Source: an uncultured Alphaproteobacteria bacterium
Lineage (GTDB): Bacteria; Pseudomonadota; Alphaproteobacteria; RF32; CAG-239
Length of the DNA stretch: 64,000 bases
NCBI GenBank assembly: GCA_944393725.1
Contig: CALYBC010000009.1
Location: forward strand, 58,595 to 122,594
Direction of reading: 5' to 3'
Below, one piece after another: positions 1-10,005 of this stretch (position 1 is its first letter; each line of letters opens with the position of its first letter). The notes under the pieces are model-generated. The model was not told the origin of the DNA. It was given only the letters and a program-made list of their open reading frames with translations, and searched no databases. A program made the translations under genes and the position numbers.

Positions 1-150
1 CAGAGGGTCAAGCAAATAACCGATTATGATACCGGCTACAAAGGGAAGTAAAACCGAACGTAAAACATATACCGAAAGTCCGAACAGTCCGAAAATTATG
101 AGCCAGATTACCCAGTTCTTGTTTTCTGTTTTTGCTGTTGAGGTCATTTA
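1..150 (-). CDS. Partial N-terminus of a membrane protein, AI-2E (PerM/YdiK) transporter-like; the gene runs off the window edge
   Basis: Minus-strand translation MTSTAKTENKNWVIWLIIFGLFGLSVYVLRSVLLPFVAGIIIGYLLDPL has a TM helix followed by a PF..A...YLL.P motif typical of AI-2E family N-termini. Confidence 0.35.
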
Positions 151-1206
151 TTATTCTCCGATATTACTCATTACCATGTAGTTGCCACTGTTTTCTAAGC
201 GATAGCCGTGGTATGCAAGTTGTCTGGTCAGTGTGTCCAAATCGCCGCTGAAAGTTACCTTGAACTGTGCTTTGCCTTGAGCCATGGCTTGGACATTAAC
301 CGCATTGACTGCGGGAATGCTTTTTATCTTTTGTTCGGCTGATATCCATGCACCCAAAGTAGGAAAGGGGTAAAGTACGGTTATTTCTTGTTCGACAACC
401 GGATTTTCTTGCTGTTGATTTAGAATATAATGTTCAATTTGGTTTTTGCATTCGCTTACGGCCTTATTGAACAATTCCTCGCCTGATGATTTGGCTCCGG
501 CAACTTTTATGGTGCGGTAATCGCCGGATAGTGATTTTAGAGAGATTTCCAAACCTTCGACACCATCGTAGTTAGCCTCAAGCACATAGACATCTGAACT
601 TGCGGACATTTGTTTTAGAGTTTGCAGAGCTTGAGTGTTAAAATCAATTGCTTTTTGAGCATTGATGACGGAGCTGTTGCCTGCAGAATTCGGAATGGAA
701 ACAAAAGTCGTGGCAGAAGCATTTTCACTGTTATCCCAAGCTAATTTCCATGGATTATCAATCTCCCAAAGTTTGGGAGTGTCGCCCTTAAACTCGGCAA
801 ATACCGGAATTACAAGTATTGAGCCGCTGTTGCCGCTTAACAGAGGAATTTCTCTTTCGGTCATGTATTGTTTAAGCAATTCTTCGTTGATGACAACTCT
901 TAAGTCGGCGACATATCTGACATCAGAATTTTTTTCGTTTAGAACCGAGGTTTCTTTGATAAAATTTATCAGCTGGGCGTCGGTCATGGCAGCAATTCTT
1001 GCAGCTCCCTCTTGGGTGGAAATGCGACGGGCAACGGCCGTTACCGCAGCTCTGGCCGCGTTGCTCATGGCTTTTTCTCTGGCAAGAGAGGCGTTTTCGT
1101 CAGTAACATCTACCTTTATTTCAACGCTGAATTTAGAATCTGCAGCTTGCAGGTTCGGGCAAAAAAGCAAGCTGAAAATTAAAAATAAGGCGGCTATTTT
1201 AGACAA
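151..1206 (-). CDS. Hypothetical secreted protein with signal peptide
   Basis: 351-aa ORF; N-terminal hydrophobic signal ending LQA-AD; no recognisable catalytic motif. Confidence 0.5.
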   Translation of the reverse strand: MSKIAALFLIFSLLFCPNLQAADSKFSVEIKVDVTDENASLAREKAMSNAARAAVTAVARRISTQEGAARIAAMTDAQLINFIKETSVLNEKNSDVRYVADLRVVINEELLKQYMTEREIPLLSGNSGSILVIPVFAEFKGDTPKLWEIDNPWKLAWDNSENASATTFVSIPNSAGNSSVINAQKAIDFNTQALQTLKQMSASSDVYVLEANYDGVEGLEISLKSLSGDYRTIKVAGAKSSGEELFNKAVSECKNQIEHYILNQQQENPVVEQEITVLYPFPTLGAWISAEQKIKSIPAVNAVNVQAMAQGKAQFKVTFSGDLDTLTRQLAYHGYRLENSGNYMVMSNIGE

Positions 1207-1212
1207 TTATTT

Positions 1213-1632
1213 TTACTCCTCAAAGATGTCGATATTGCTAAAAAAATAACCTATTTCACGGGCGGCACTCTCAGGTGAATCAGAACCATGAACAGAGTTC
1301 TTGTCGATGGAAAGGGCAAAAGTTTTGCGGATGGTTCCTTCTTCGGCAACAGCGGGATTAGTTGCACCCATAATTTTGCGGTAGCGAGCTATAGCGTCTT
1401 CGCCTGATAAAACTTGAACAATGATGGGGGCAGAGCTCATAAATCTTACTAAATTTTCAAAAAATACTTTACCACGGTGCTCGGCATAAAAACCATCGGC
1501 TTGCTCAGGGGTGAGTCTTATCATCTTTTGAGCAATAATTTTTAAGCCGGCATCTTCAATCATAGAGTTGATTTTGCCGCTTAAGTTGCGAGTGGTGGCG
1601 TCCGGTTTAATGATGGATAAAGTCTTTTCCAT
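1213..1632 (-). CDS. ndk: Nucleoside diphosphate kinase
   Basis: 139 aa; the IIKPD...GSDS(P)E...REI pattern is classic NDK. Confidence 0.9.
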   Translation of the reverse strand: MEKTLSIIKPDATTRNLSGKINSMIEDAGLKIIAQKMIRLTPEQADGFYAEHRGKVFFENLVRFMSSAPIIVQVLSGEDAIARYRKIMGATNPAVAEEGTIRKTFALSIDKNSVHGSDSPESAAREIGYFFSNIDIFEE

Positions 1633-1775
1633 ATCTTATCTCCTAAAAAATTATCAATTTTATTTGAAAGATATAATACTTTGTATAAATAAGCAAAAGA
1701 TATTTTGACTTTTAACTAATAAAGTTGTTTATTATAGCAAAATTAACTTATAAATCAGAGAAAGGTCAAACGCAA

Positions 1776-2771
1776 ATGGCAAACTTTATAGACAGTGTTA
1801 TTGCTAAAGCTAAGTCGCAACCGAAAACAATCGTGTTGCCAGAGGGAAACGATGAGAGAGTTTTGGAAGCGGCTAAAACCATTACGGAAGAAAAAATTGC
1901 CAAAATAATCTTGCTTGGTAAGGAAGAGGAAATAAAAGCAAAATTTGCCGAAAAAAGGTGGAGTATTGACGGTATTAAAATTATTAATCCCGAGACTTCG
2001 GCAAAACTCAATGAATATGCAGAGTTATTTTATGAATTGCGTAAGGAAAAAGGCGTTTCTATGGAAGATGCTCAAAAAATGGCCAGAAATGCTAATTACT
2101 TTGCAACTTTGATGATTAAGTCCGGTGATGCCGACGGAATGGTATCAGGTGCTGCTCATTCTACTGCAGATACCGTCAGACCGGCTTTGCAAATTGTTAA
2201 ATCTTCTCGCAAAGATATGAATGTATCTTCTTTCTTCTTTATGAATAAGGGTGAAAAAACTTTTATTTTTGCCGATTGCGCAATTACCCCGAATCCTACC
2301 GATCAAGAGTTGGCCAATATTGCCATACAGGCCGCTCAAACCGCAGTACAATTCGGAATTACTCCAGATATCGCCATGCTTTCTTATTCTTCGTATGGTT
2401 CTGGTAAAGGAGAGGCTGTTGAAAAAGTTCAGAGAGCCGTGAAAATAGCTAAAGAAATGGCTGCTTCCGATGAATTTAAGCATCTTGGTATCAAACTCGA
2501 CGGTGAGCTACAAGCCGATGCGGCTTTGGTGGATAAAGTTGCTGCTCTTAAGGCTCCGGGAAGCGAGGTCGCCGGCCATGCAAAAGTCTTGATTTTCCCA
2601 GATCTTAATGCTGGAAATATTGCCTATAAATTAGTGCAAAGATTGGGCGAATATGAGGCTTATGGTCCTATCTTGCAAGGTTTGCGCGCACCGATTAATG
2701 ATCTTTCTCGCGGTTGCTCAGCGAGCGATATTGTTTGTACTGTTGCGTTAACTGCCGTACAGGCTATGTAA
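1776..2771 (+). CDS. pta: Phosphate acetyltransferase, short form
   Basis: MANFIDSVIAKAK...; PTA-like core (SGAAHSTADTVRPALQ, FPDLNAGNIAYK); ATG at 1776 follows an RBS; the GTG-extended ORF starts at 1725. Confidence 0.85.
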   Translation: MANFIDSVIAKAKSQPKTIVLPEGNDERVLEAAKTITEEKIAKIILLGKEEEIKAKFAEKRWSIDGIKIINPETSAKLNEYAELFYELRKEKGVSMEDAQKMARNANYFATLMIKSGDADGMVSGAAHSTADTVRPALQIVKSSRKDMNVSSFFFMNKGEKTFIFADCAITPNPTDQELANIAIQAAQTAVQFGITPDIAMLSYSSYGSGKGEAVEKVQRAVKIAKEMAASDEFKHLGIKLDGELQADAALVDKVAALKAPGSEVAGHAKVLIFPDLNAGNIAYKLVQRLGEYEAYGPILQGLRAPINDLSRGCSASDIVCTVALTAVQAM

Positions 2772-2807
2772 TATTTTGATTCAACTTGTATTTTTAAGGA
2801 TTTGATT

Positions 2808-3989
2808 ATGCAAAAAATTTTGGTTTTGAATTCTGGGTCATCGTCGTTAAAATATCAATTGTTTGATGTAGATGGCGATAAATATACCGTAATTGCCAAA
2901 GGTTTGGCCGAGCGTATCGGTATTGAAGGTTCAAAGGTTAATATTAAATTTGCCGATGGTACCAAAAAAGAAGTAGTCGCTCCGTTGCCGACTCACAAAG
3001 AAGCTCTGAAAGAAGTGTTTGAATTGTTGCTTGACGGTGCAATTCGTGATTTGAACGAAATTTCCGCCGTCGGGCATCGTATCGTTCATGGTGGCGAAAT
3101 CTTTAGAGAATCGGTTTTGTTAAATGAAACTGCTATCAAAGCAATTGATGAGTTGTCGGCTTTGGCACCTTTGCATAATCCGGCTGCCGTTTTAGGTATC
3201 AGAGCAGTGCAAGAGTTGTTGCCAACAGTAGCTCAAACCGCCGTGTTTGATACCGCTTTCCATCAGACAATGCCCAAAGAAGCTTTCCTTTATGGCTTGC
3301 CCTTGGAACAATACACCAAACATCAAATTCGTCGTTATGGTATGCACGGAACTTCACACCGTTATATTGCTCAGGAAACCGCTAAAATTATTGGCGAGAA
3401 ATCAAGAATAATTTCTTGCCACTTGGGTAACGGTGCTTCAATTGCAGCAATCAAAGACGGTAAATGTATGGATACCTCAATGGGATTTACTCCATTGGCC
3501 GGTATCATAATGGGTACCAGATCGGGAGATATTGATCCTTATATTCCGTTGCATATTATGAAAGAGCAGAATATGTCGGTTGAGGAAGTTAATAAATTGC
3601 TCAACAAACAAAGCGGTATGCTCGGTTTGACCGGTTTTTCGGACATGCGTGATGTTGAAGATGCTTATCTTAAAGGTGAAAAAAACGCCGTTGTCGGTAT
3701 GCAGACTTATGTTTATACCATAGTTAAATTTATCGGTGCTTATATTGCTGCTTTGGGTGGGGTAGATGCTATTGTGTTTACTGCAGGAATCGGTGAAAAT
3801 TCTCCGATTATTCGTAAGCTTGTTTTGCAAAGATTGGCTTATCTCGGAATTGAGATTAATGAAGAGGCTAACAACCGCCGCGGTGATATTGAAGAAATAT
3901 CTGCCAAGGGTTCAAAGGTCAGAGCTTTTGTCATTCCGACCAATGAAGAGATGATGATCGCCAAAGATACTGTTGCTTTGACCAAATAA
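2808..3989 (+). CDS. ackA: Acetate kinase
   Basis: ILVLNSGSSSLKYQ N-terminus plus VGHRIVHGG and GMHGTSH motifs; AAGGA RBS 7 nt upstream of the ATG at 2808. Confidence 0.9.
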   Translation: MQKILVLNSGSSSLKYQLFDVDGDKYTVIAKGLAERIGIEGSKVNIKFADGTKKEVVAPLPTHKEALKEVFELLLDGAIRDLNEISAVGHRIVHGGEIFRESVLLNETAIKAIDELSALAPLHNPAAVLGIRAVQELLPTVAQTAVFDTAFHQTMPKEAFLYGLPLEQYTKHQIRRYGMHGTSHRYIAQETAKIIGEKSRIISCHLGNGASIAAIKDGKCMDTSMGFTPLAGIIMGTRSGDIDPYIPLHIMKEQNMSVEEVNKLLNKQSGMLGLTGFSDMRDVEDAYLKGEKNAVVGMQTYVYTIVKFIGAYIAALGGVDAIVFTAGIGENSPIIRKLVLQRLAYLGIEINEEANNRRGDIEEISAKGSKVRAFVIPTNEEMMIAKDTVALTK

Positions 3990-4079
3990 CAAATTAAGGA
4001 GCTTGGTTTTATTCTAAGCTCCTTTTTGATAAACTAAACCCCTTGCTTGATTGGCAAGGGGTTTTTGATTTATGCTAAA

Positions 4080-5435
4080 CTAAGCTGATTTTTTGCTCGA
4101 TTTTTTAGCAGATTTTTTCTCTTCATCGAATTTGTATAATTCTTCTACCGAAACTACTTTTTCGCTGAGGTTGGCTTGAGAAATTATATAATCAATGATT
4201 TTTTCTTCAAAAATCGGGGCTTTCAGAGCTTCAACAGCTTGTTTGTTTTTGAGATAATAATCCAAAACCATTTGCTCTTGGCCGGGATATCTCTTAGCTT
4301 CGTTCATGATTGCGGCATTGATATCTTCGGGCTTAATGCTTATTTTGGCATTTTGACCTACTTCTGATAACAACAAGCCGAGTTTTACTCTACGAACAGC
4401 TATATCTTTGTACTCTTTGAGTAAGTCTTCTTCTTTTTTATTTTTCTCTTCTTCATCGAGTTGGTTGTATTTTTTAGCTTGTTCATATTGATTTACGATA
4501 GCTTTGTATTCGGCATCAACCAAAGAAGAGGGAACTTCAAAGTTGTATTCGGAATCCAAAACATCCAAAAGCTGTCTTTTTAATTTCATGCGAGAAGCAT
4601 TATCATAATCAGACTTAATGCGAGAAGATAATGTTTCTTTTAATTTGTCGAGACTTTCGGCACCAAGAGATTTAGCAAGCTCGTCATTGATCTCTACGGC
4701 TTTGGGCTCACGAACTTCTTTAACCGTAACGGCAAAAACAGCATCTTTACCGGCTAAATCTTTGGCATGATAGGTATCAGGGAACTTGACTTTTACATCA
4801 ACCTTTGAGCCGGCTTCGCTGCCGATTAATTGATCCTCAAAACCGGGGATGAAAGAACCGGAACCCAGTTCCAAAGGATAATCGTTGCCTTTGCCGCCGT
4901 TGAATTCAACACCGTCGACAGAACCAACAAAGTCAATCATAACTACATCGCCTTTGGCAGCTTTTTTACCGTCAACCTTAACGCTTTCTTTGCGAGCTTC
5001 GGCCAGGTATTTTACGGCTTTGTCAACTTCTTCGGCCGGAACTTCGGCAGTGTATTTGTCTAAAGAAATTTTTGAGAAGTCACCGAGTTTGATTTCGGGC
5101 AAGATTTCAACATCCATATCAAATTCGAGGTCCTTGCCTTCGCCAAAAGAGGTGATCTTGATAGCCGGTTGGCTAACGGGACGAAGTTTGTTATCGTTTA
5201 ATACTTGGTTGCTGCCATTGCGAACGGCATCGTCCAAGGCTTCGCTCATAACTTCGTTTAAGAATTTCTTTTTAACCATTGAAAGCGGAGCTTTACCGGC
5301 ACGGAAGCCTTGTATTTTGGCTTTCTTGGCAATTTGTGAAAGTTTGTTGTCAATATCTTTGGCAAAGTCTTCTTTAGAAATTACAACTTTGTAAGACTTA
5401 TTAAGACCTTCGGATTTTAACTCATTAATTTTCAT
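4080..5435 (-). CDS. tig: Trigger factor
   Basis: 451 aa; ribosome-binding N-domain GFRAGKAP..., central PPIase region, C-terminal chaperone arms. Confidence 0.9.
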   Translation of the reverse strand: MKINELKSEGLNKSYKVVISKEDFAKDIDNKLSQIAKKAKIQGFRAGKAPLSMVKKKFLNEVMSEALDDAVRNGSNQVLNDNKLRPVSQPAIKITSFGEGKDLEFDMDVEILPEIKLGDFSKISLDKYTAEVPAEEVDKAVKYLAEARKESVKVDGKKAAKGDVVMIDFVGSVDGVEFNGGKGNDYPLELGSGSFIPGFEDQLIGSEAGSKVDVKVKFPDTYHAKDLAGKDAVFAVTVKEVREPKAVEINDELAKSLGAESLDKLKETLSSRIKSDYDNASRMKLKRQLLDVLDSEYNFEVPSSLVDAEYKAIVNQYEQAKKYNQLDEEEKNKKEEDLLKEYKDIAVRRVKLGLLLSEVGQNAKISIKPEDINAAIMNEAKRYPGQEQMVLDYYLKNKQAVEALKAPIFEEKIIDYIISQANLSEKVVSVEELYKFDEEKKSAKKSSKKSA

Positions 5436-5483
5436 TTACATATCTCTCTTTATAAAATAAAAAACACCGTTGACCAACAACGA

Positions 5484-5568
5484 TGGTGCGGGTGAAGGGA
5501 CTTGAACCCCCACTTCTTGCGAAATCAGATCCTAAGTCTGACGCGTCTACCAATTCCGCCACACCCGC
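5484..5568 (-). tRNA. tRNA-Leu, anticodon TAG, long variable arm, CCA encoded
   Basis: Reverse complement GCGGGTGTGGCGGAATTGGTAGACGCGTCAGACTTAGGATCTGA...GGGGGTTCAAGTCCCTTCACCCGCACCA folds as a type-II tRNA. Confidence 0.85.
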
Positions 5569-5722
5569 AAGTGTTTGTTAGAATTTTGGTTTGCCTGAAT
5601 ACTAGCTTAATATTTTTTTAAATCAAGCATAAATTCACAATGCAAACAAAATTATTGTAATCTCTTTTATTCTTTTATAATATGTGCCTAGCAATTATTT
5701 TTTATTTGGGAGTGGGATTGTG

Positions 5723-6928
5723 ATGTTTGCTCGCAATTTTAGCAGAGTTTTGTTGTCGGCAACGGCTTTGAGCTTGTTGTCGGCCTGTGCGGTAGTTGAT
5801 AGACAAGATACCGCAGAAAAATCAAATTGGTTTGTTTCAATGTTTGAAAAAAGCGGGCAAGAGTATGCCGAAAAAGCAACAATGCTATATTTGCAAGGCG
5901 ATTTTGATAAGTCTTTGCAAAATACCGTTGAGGCTTTGAAAGAAAATCCACGCAATCAGCAGGCTTTGTTAGTGGGAGCTCTGGCTTCGGAAAAATTGGG
6001 AAGATATAACAGAGCCAGACAATATTACGAGGATTTGATTATCATCGACGGCGATGAAACTTCCGTATTGGGAACTAAAGACGGACAACCGCACAAAATT
6101 GCCGAAACCGCTAAAAATAATTTAAGAGCAATTACCATTACGCAAAGTAAGCTGACGGTTGAAAATCGCGACGGTTCGCAAAGCTTTTCAATATCGGAAA
6201 AAAACGGCGCCGAGCAAAGTAAGAATACCATAGCCGAGGCGTTGAGCAAAAAATCAATACCGGCAGTAAAATCTCAACCTGTCGGAATTGATGATATCTT
6301 TAATCAAAATGAACAAAATATTGTTTCGCGCTTTTTGATTTTGAAAGAATTGGCCGAGAAAGATTTAATTACCAAGGAAGAATTTTTGACCAGAAGAACG
6401 GCAAATGTCGGAGGTTTGTTGCCTTTGACCAATCCGGCTCCCGGTGTCGGTGTTATTGAGCCGGTGCCGTCGCCTGATTTGATTATTGAAAGAATTGAAA
6501 TATTAAAAGACGGAGTGGAAACCAGAGCAATTACGCCGAGAGAGTTTTCGGCAGAACGCGAGGTTATCATTGAGGCTTTGATGTCGCCCAATCCCAGAGA
6601 GAGGTTGAAAAATAAAGCTCCGTCCAAAAATATTTTGGATGCCGCCAAAGATTTGCGTCGTTTGGAAGTGTTGTATGAACTGGATTTGATTACTGCAAGT
6701 GAAAAAGAAGCCGAGAAAAAGGCTATAGAAACTTCTTTGGGTATTGATAGAACTCCTAAAAAACAAGTGGTAAAGACACAGGTTAAGTCAGAGCCGGCAG
6801 TGGAGAAAAAGGCCGTTGAGGTTAAGCCCGTTGTTACCCCCAAGGCAGAAGAAAAACCCATAGAGCAAGAAATAATGGCAGAAGAAATTGTTGAAATTAA
6901 ATCTCCGCAAGTTAGCAGCCCATTCTAA
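5723..6928 (+). CDS. Lipoprotein with N-terminal TPR-like region and three SHOCT-like repeats
   Basis: Lipobox LLSAC; repeats (L..L.....LIT.EEF......, ITPREFSAERE..IEAL, LITASEKEAEKKAIE) resemble the SHOCT motif; Lys/Glu-rich C-terminus. Confidence 0.55.
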   Translation: MFARNFSRVLLSATALSLLSACAVVDRQDTAEKSNWFVSMFEKSGQEYAEKATMLYLQGDFDKSLQNTVEALKENPRNQQALLVGALASEKLGRYNRARQYYEDLIIIDGDETSVLGTKDGQPHKIAETAKNNLRAITITQSKLTVENRDGSQSFSISEKNGAEQSKNTIAEALSKKSIPAVKSQPVGIDDIFNQNEQNIVSRFLILKELAEKDLITKEEFLTRRTANVGGLLPLTNPAPGVGVIEPVPSPDLIIERIEILKDGVETRAITPREFSAEREVIIEALMSPNPRERLKNKAPSKNILDAAKDLRRLEVLYELDLITASEKEAEKKAIETSLGIDRTPKKQVVKTQVKSEPAVEKKAVEVKPVVTPKAEEKPIEQEIMAEEIVEIKSPQVSSPF

Positions 6929-6949
6929 CTCTTAGATTATAATATACAG

Positions 6950-6980
6950 AAAAAAACTCCGCTTCGGCGGAGTTTTTTTC
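6950..6980. terminator. Bidirectional intrinsic terminator between convergent genes
   Basis: aaaaaaACTCCGCttcgGCGGAGTttttttt: GC-rich hairpin with an A-run before and a T-run after. Confidence 0.5.
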
Positions 6981-6990
6981 TGGGGCGTTT

Positions 6991-7998
6991 TTATTTGTCG
7001 GCAGCTATCTTCTGCATTTCGTGCAAACGCAGAAGTTTAATGCGTTCAAGTTGTTGCTTTTTTATATATTTGAGATAGCCTTCGTAACTAAACAAAACAA
7101 TAGCCGACAAAACCAAAGGCAATAAATAATATATAATGCGGTAGGCAAGTAGTGCACCAAACAGCAAGGCTTGGTTGTGTTCACCGGGGATTATGTACAT
7201 AAACAATCCTTCAAAAACGCCTAATCCCCCTGGAACCTGACTGAATACTCCAAGAACTTGAGCTATGATAAAGACCCCCATAAATGTTTCAAAGGGAATA
7301 TCTATAAATGAAATAAGCGAAAAATATAAAACCAAAGAAGCCATAACAATGTCGGCTGCTCCGATTACTACTTGTGCCAAAGCCATTTTGGGGCGCGGCA
7401 TATCAAATTCAATTTCTTTGATGATTAATGGCTTTTTGTACCATATGCTTAAGGCAAAGTAACCAATCAACCCAATTAGAGATATAAGAGCTACAATTTC
7501 GGTGGTGAGTTTGGATACCGAGCCGGAGCCAAAAGCATGATTGGGGGTTATAATATAACCGATTATGATTAGAAAAAAGCAGGCAACCAAATAAGTAAAG
7601 CCGGAGAAGGTTACCATGCGGACAATCTCAGAGCCTCTGAAACGCCAACGAGTATAAAGACGATAACGAATGGTGCCGCCGGAGACGATAGCATGGCCGG
7701 CGTTGTTGCTGACCGAAAATCCGATAAAGCCGGCAAATATCCACTTCCAGGCAGCCAATTTGCGTCCGATATAACGCAAGGCAAGGTAATCATACGATGA
7801 CAAGGCAACATAGCCGAAAAACGAGGCGGCACAAGCCATCCATAAGTTTTTGGCAGGGATGGAAAGAATCGCTTCTTTAATATCTGAAAGGCTGTATTTG
7901 GAAAGTTGGGTATATAACATATATGCCGCTACGGCAAAAAAGAAAAGTCCGGCCCAGGAAATAGCTTTTTTGATAACGCGTTTGGTTTGAAATGCCAT
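6991..7998 (-). CDS. Polytopic membrane protein, flippase-like domain (lysyl-PG synthase MprF transmembrane domain / UPF0104) without a synthase domain
   Basis: 335 aa with about 8 TM segments; start resembles stand-alone MprF-TM-like proteins (ISWAGLFFFAVAAYMLY..., RYIGRKL...). Confidence 0.55.
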   Translation of the reverse strand: MAFQTKRVIKKAISWAGLFFFAVAAYMLYTQLSKYSLSDIKEAILSIPAKNLWMACAASFFGYVALSSYDYLALRYIGRKLAAWKWIFAGFIGFSVSNNAGHAIVSGGTIRYRLYTRWRFRGSEIVRMVTFSGFTYLVACFFLIIIGYIITPNHAFGSGSVSKLTTEIVALISLIGLIGYFALSIWYKKPLIIKEIEFDMPRPKMALAQVVIGAADIVMASLVLYFSLISFIDIPFETFMGVFIIAQVLGVFSQVPGGLGVFEGLFMYIIPGEHNQALLFGALLAYRIIYYLLPLVLSAIVLFSYEGYLKYIKKQQLERIKLLRLHEMQKIAADK

Positions 7999-8190
7999 TT
8001 TTTGTTCCTTAACTTAATTAACAGTAAAAATACACTCCCTAGATATATAATGTGATTGCTCCCTATCGTCAACATTTATATAATATTTATCGGCTATATT
8101 GATGGTTTATATATAAAAATCTCCTCTGTGTGAGGAGCCGTTTGATTGGAGCATATAGCGGGAATTTTGGCTTTTTTCCTTGTTTATTTA

Positions 8191-8955
8191 TTATAACATT
8201 TGTTTTCTTATTGCAGTTTCATTGTCAAGACAGTACTCATAAGCTTTTTGCATAAATTGTGGTATGTCTGTGGAATTTTTATATATCTGAGATAAAGTTT
8301 CGAGTATGGGAACTTCATTTATTATCATTCTATAAAAATAGCTATAAACCGTGTTATTATGGTTTTTTTTCAAAAATAAGTGGCCAATATCAGTATTTTT
8401 TACGAAAGTATCAACAACCATTTCACTTAATACCCACTTAAGATTAGGGTTTTCATAATCTTTGTAGTCGTCTTTAAATGTTTGATTCCATATATAAAAC
8501 CATACAAAATGAATTATTTCATGAATGGATGTTTCCATAAATTTTGTTTCATTGCTTTGATAAAAGACTGTGAAATATTTTAGTTTAAGCCAACGCGGGC
8601 ATATTGGGTTTAATGAAATATCGGCTTTTAAATCATTAAATAGATTATGGCAATCAATTTTGAATGTTTGCGAGAATATTTCATTTACCTTTACTTCGTG
8701 ATTATTCCATATTGTTTGAAAAAATTTCGACTTATCCAGCAGTTCTGATTTTGTGTTTGTGTATAATCTGCTTAGTTCTTCCGTAATATATTTTTTTCGT
8801 GATTTCCAATCAGAATTAAGTCCTTTTTCTTTATCCAAAAATGTGTATGTGGAAAATAAGGGCTCTCGCCAATATGCGGATACGGCATCTTGTTGAAATA
8901 ATAAGCAACTTTTTAAGTTGGCTTTTTTATTCATTGGCTTGATTGAAAGGTGCAT
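8191..8955 (-). CDS. Hypothetical protein with HExxH zinc-metallopeptidase-like motif, in an AT-rich islet
   Basis: 254 aa; SIHEIIHFVWF carries HExxH with a Glu about 25 aa downstream (gluzincin-like spacing); Asn/Lys/Tyr-rich; local GC is visibly below the flanks. Confidence 0.45.
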   Translation of the reverse strand: MHLSIKPMNKKANLKSCLLFQQDAVSAYWREPLFSTYTFLDKEKGLNSDWKSRKKYITEELSRLYTNTKSELLDKSKFFQTIWNNHEVKVNEIFSQTFKIDCHNLFNDLKADISLNPICPRWLKLKYFTVFYQSNETKFMETSIHEIIHFVWFYIWNQTFKDDYKDYENPNLKWVLSEMVVDTFVKNTDIGHLFLKKNHNNTVYSYFYRMIINEVPILETLSQIYKNSTDIPQFMQKAYEYCLDNETAIRKQML

Positions 8956-9000
8956 GGGTAGCTCCTTTAGAGACTAAGAAAAAAACATTTCTTAAAATTT

Positions 9001-9074
9001 TGGAGCAGGTAACGGGAATCGAACCCGCATATTAAGCTTGGGAAGCTCACATTCTACCATTGAATTATACCTGC
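9001..9074 (-). tRNA. tRNA-Gly, anticodon CCC
   Basis: Reverse complement GCAGGTATAATTCAATGGTAGAATGTGAGCTTCCCAAGCTTAATATGCGGGTTCGATTCCCGTTACCTGCTCCA is a cloverleaf with anticodon loop TTCCCAA. Confidence 0.8.
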
Positions 9075-9240
9075 GATGGCAATTACTATCTTCTCTATAT
9101 TATATATTTATCATTGGCAAGATTTTTCTTTGTTTTTTAACTGTTTTAAAAAATGGCACGGAAGTTGCATATAGTTTTGCAACAGTGAAATTTTATCCGA
9201 AACTATTGGGGAATAGTTTTTATGTTAAGGGGAAAAATTT

Positions 9241-9984
9241 ATGGATAATACTTCATATATTGCACTTTCACGCCAGATGGCTTTATGGAAACAAATGAAT
9301 ATCGTTTCCAATAATATGGCCAATATGAATACTGCCGGATATAAGCAAGATGATGTGCTTTTTACTTCGTTTGTTAAACAAACACCCGAGGCTCAAGGAA
9401 TAGCTTCGGCTCCGCAATATTTTACCATGGATTTTGCAAGCTTTCAGGATTTTGCCGAGGGAACTTTTAAGTCTACCGGTAATACTTTTGATTTGGCAAT
9501 TAAAGGTGACGGTTTCTTCTGTGTCGAAACCAAAGACGGCGAAAAATATACTCGCAAAGGTCAGTTTACCTTGAATGAAGACGGTGCCTTGGTTACAACC
9601 GAGGGTGATTTGGTGCTTAGCGAAAATGATGCTCCGCTTTTCTTTGCTCCGGGCGAAACCGAAATTACCATTTCCGAAAGCGGTGATGTAATGACCGAGA
9701 ACGGTCTTATCGGAAGACTCAAAGTGGCAAAATTTGCCGATAACCAAAAATTGCTCAAAGTAGCTAATGTCTTGTTTGAGAATACCGCAGGCAATCAAAT
9801 GACCATCGGCAGTGATAATGTGAGAATCGCTCAAGGTATGGTCGAGGCTTCTAATGTTAATGCCATTACCGAAATGACTAATCTGGTAAAAATTCAACGC
9901 AGTTACGATTATGTTCAGCAAATGATTGATGAAGAACATGATCGTTTGTCCAATACAATTTCAACTTTTGCCGAATTGGCTTAA
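9241..9984 (+). CDS. flgF: Flagellar basal-body rod protein FlgF
   Basis: 247 aa; N-terminal rod motif (ALSRQ...NN.AN.NT.GYK) and C-terminal ...VKIQRSYD. Confidence 0.8.
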   Translation: MDNTSYIALSRQMALWKQMNIVSNNMANMNTAGYKQDDVLFTSFVKQTPEAQGIASAPQYFTMDFASFQDFAEGTFKSTGNTFDLAIKGDGFFCVETKDGEKYTRKGQFTLNEDGALVTTEGDLVLSENDAPLFFAPGETEITISESGDVMTENGLIGRLKVAKFADNQKLLKVANVLFENTAGNQMTIGSDNVRIAQGMVEASNVNAITEMTNLVKIQRSYDYVQQMIDEEHDRLSNTISTFAELA

Positions 9985-10005
9985 TTTTTTGAGGGGAATA
10001 ATAAA

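Noticed and set aside
9038-9298. 86-aa plus-strand ORF upstream of flgF
   Set aside because: It overlaps the tRNA-Gly gene and the flgF promoter/RBS region. No support as coding.
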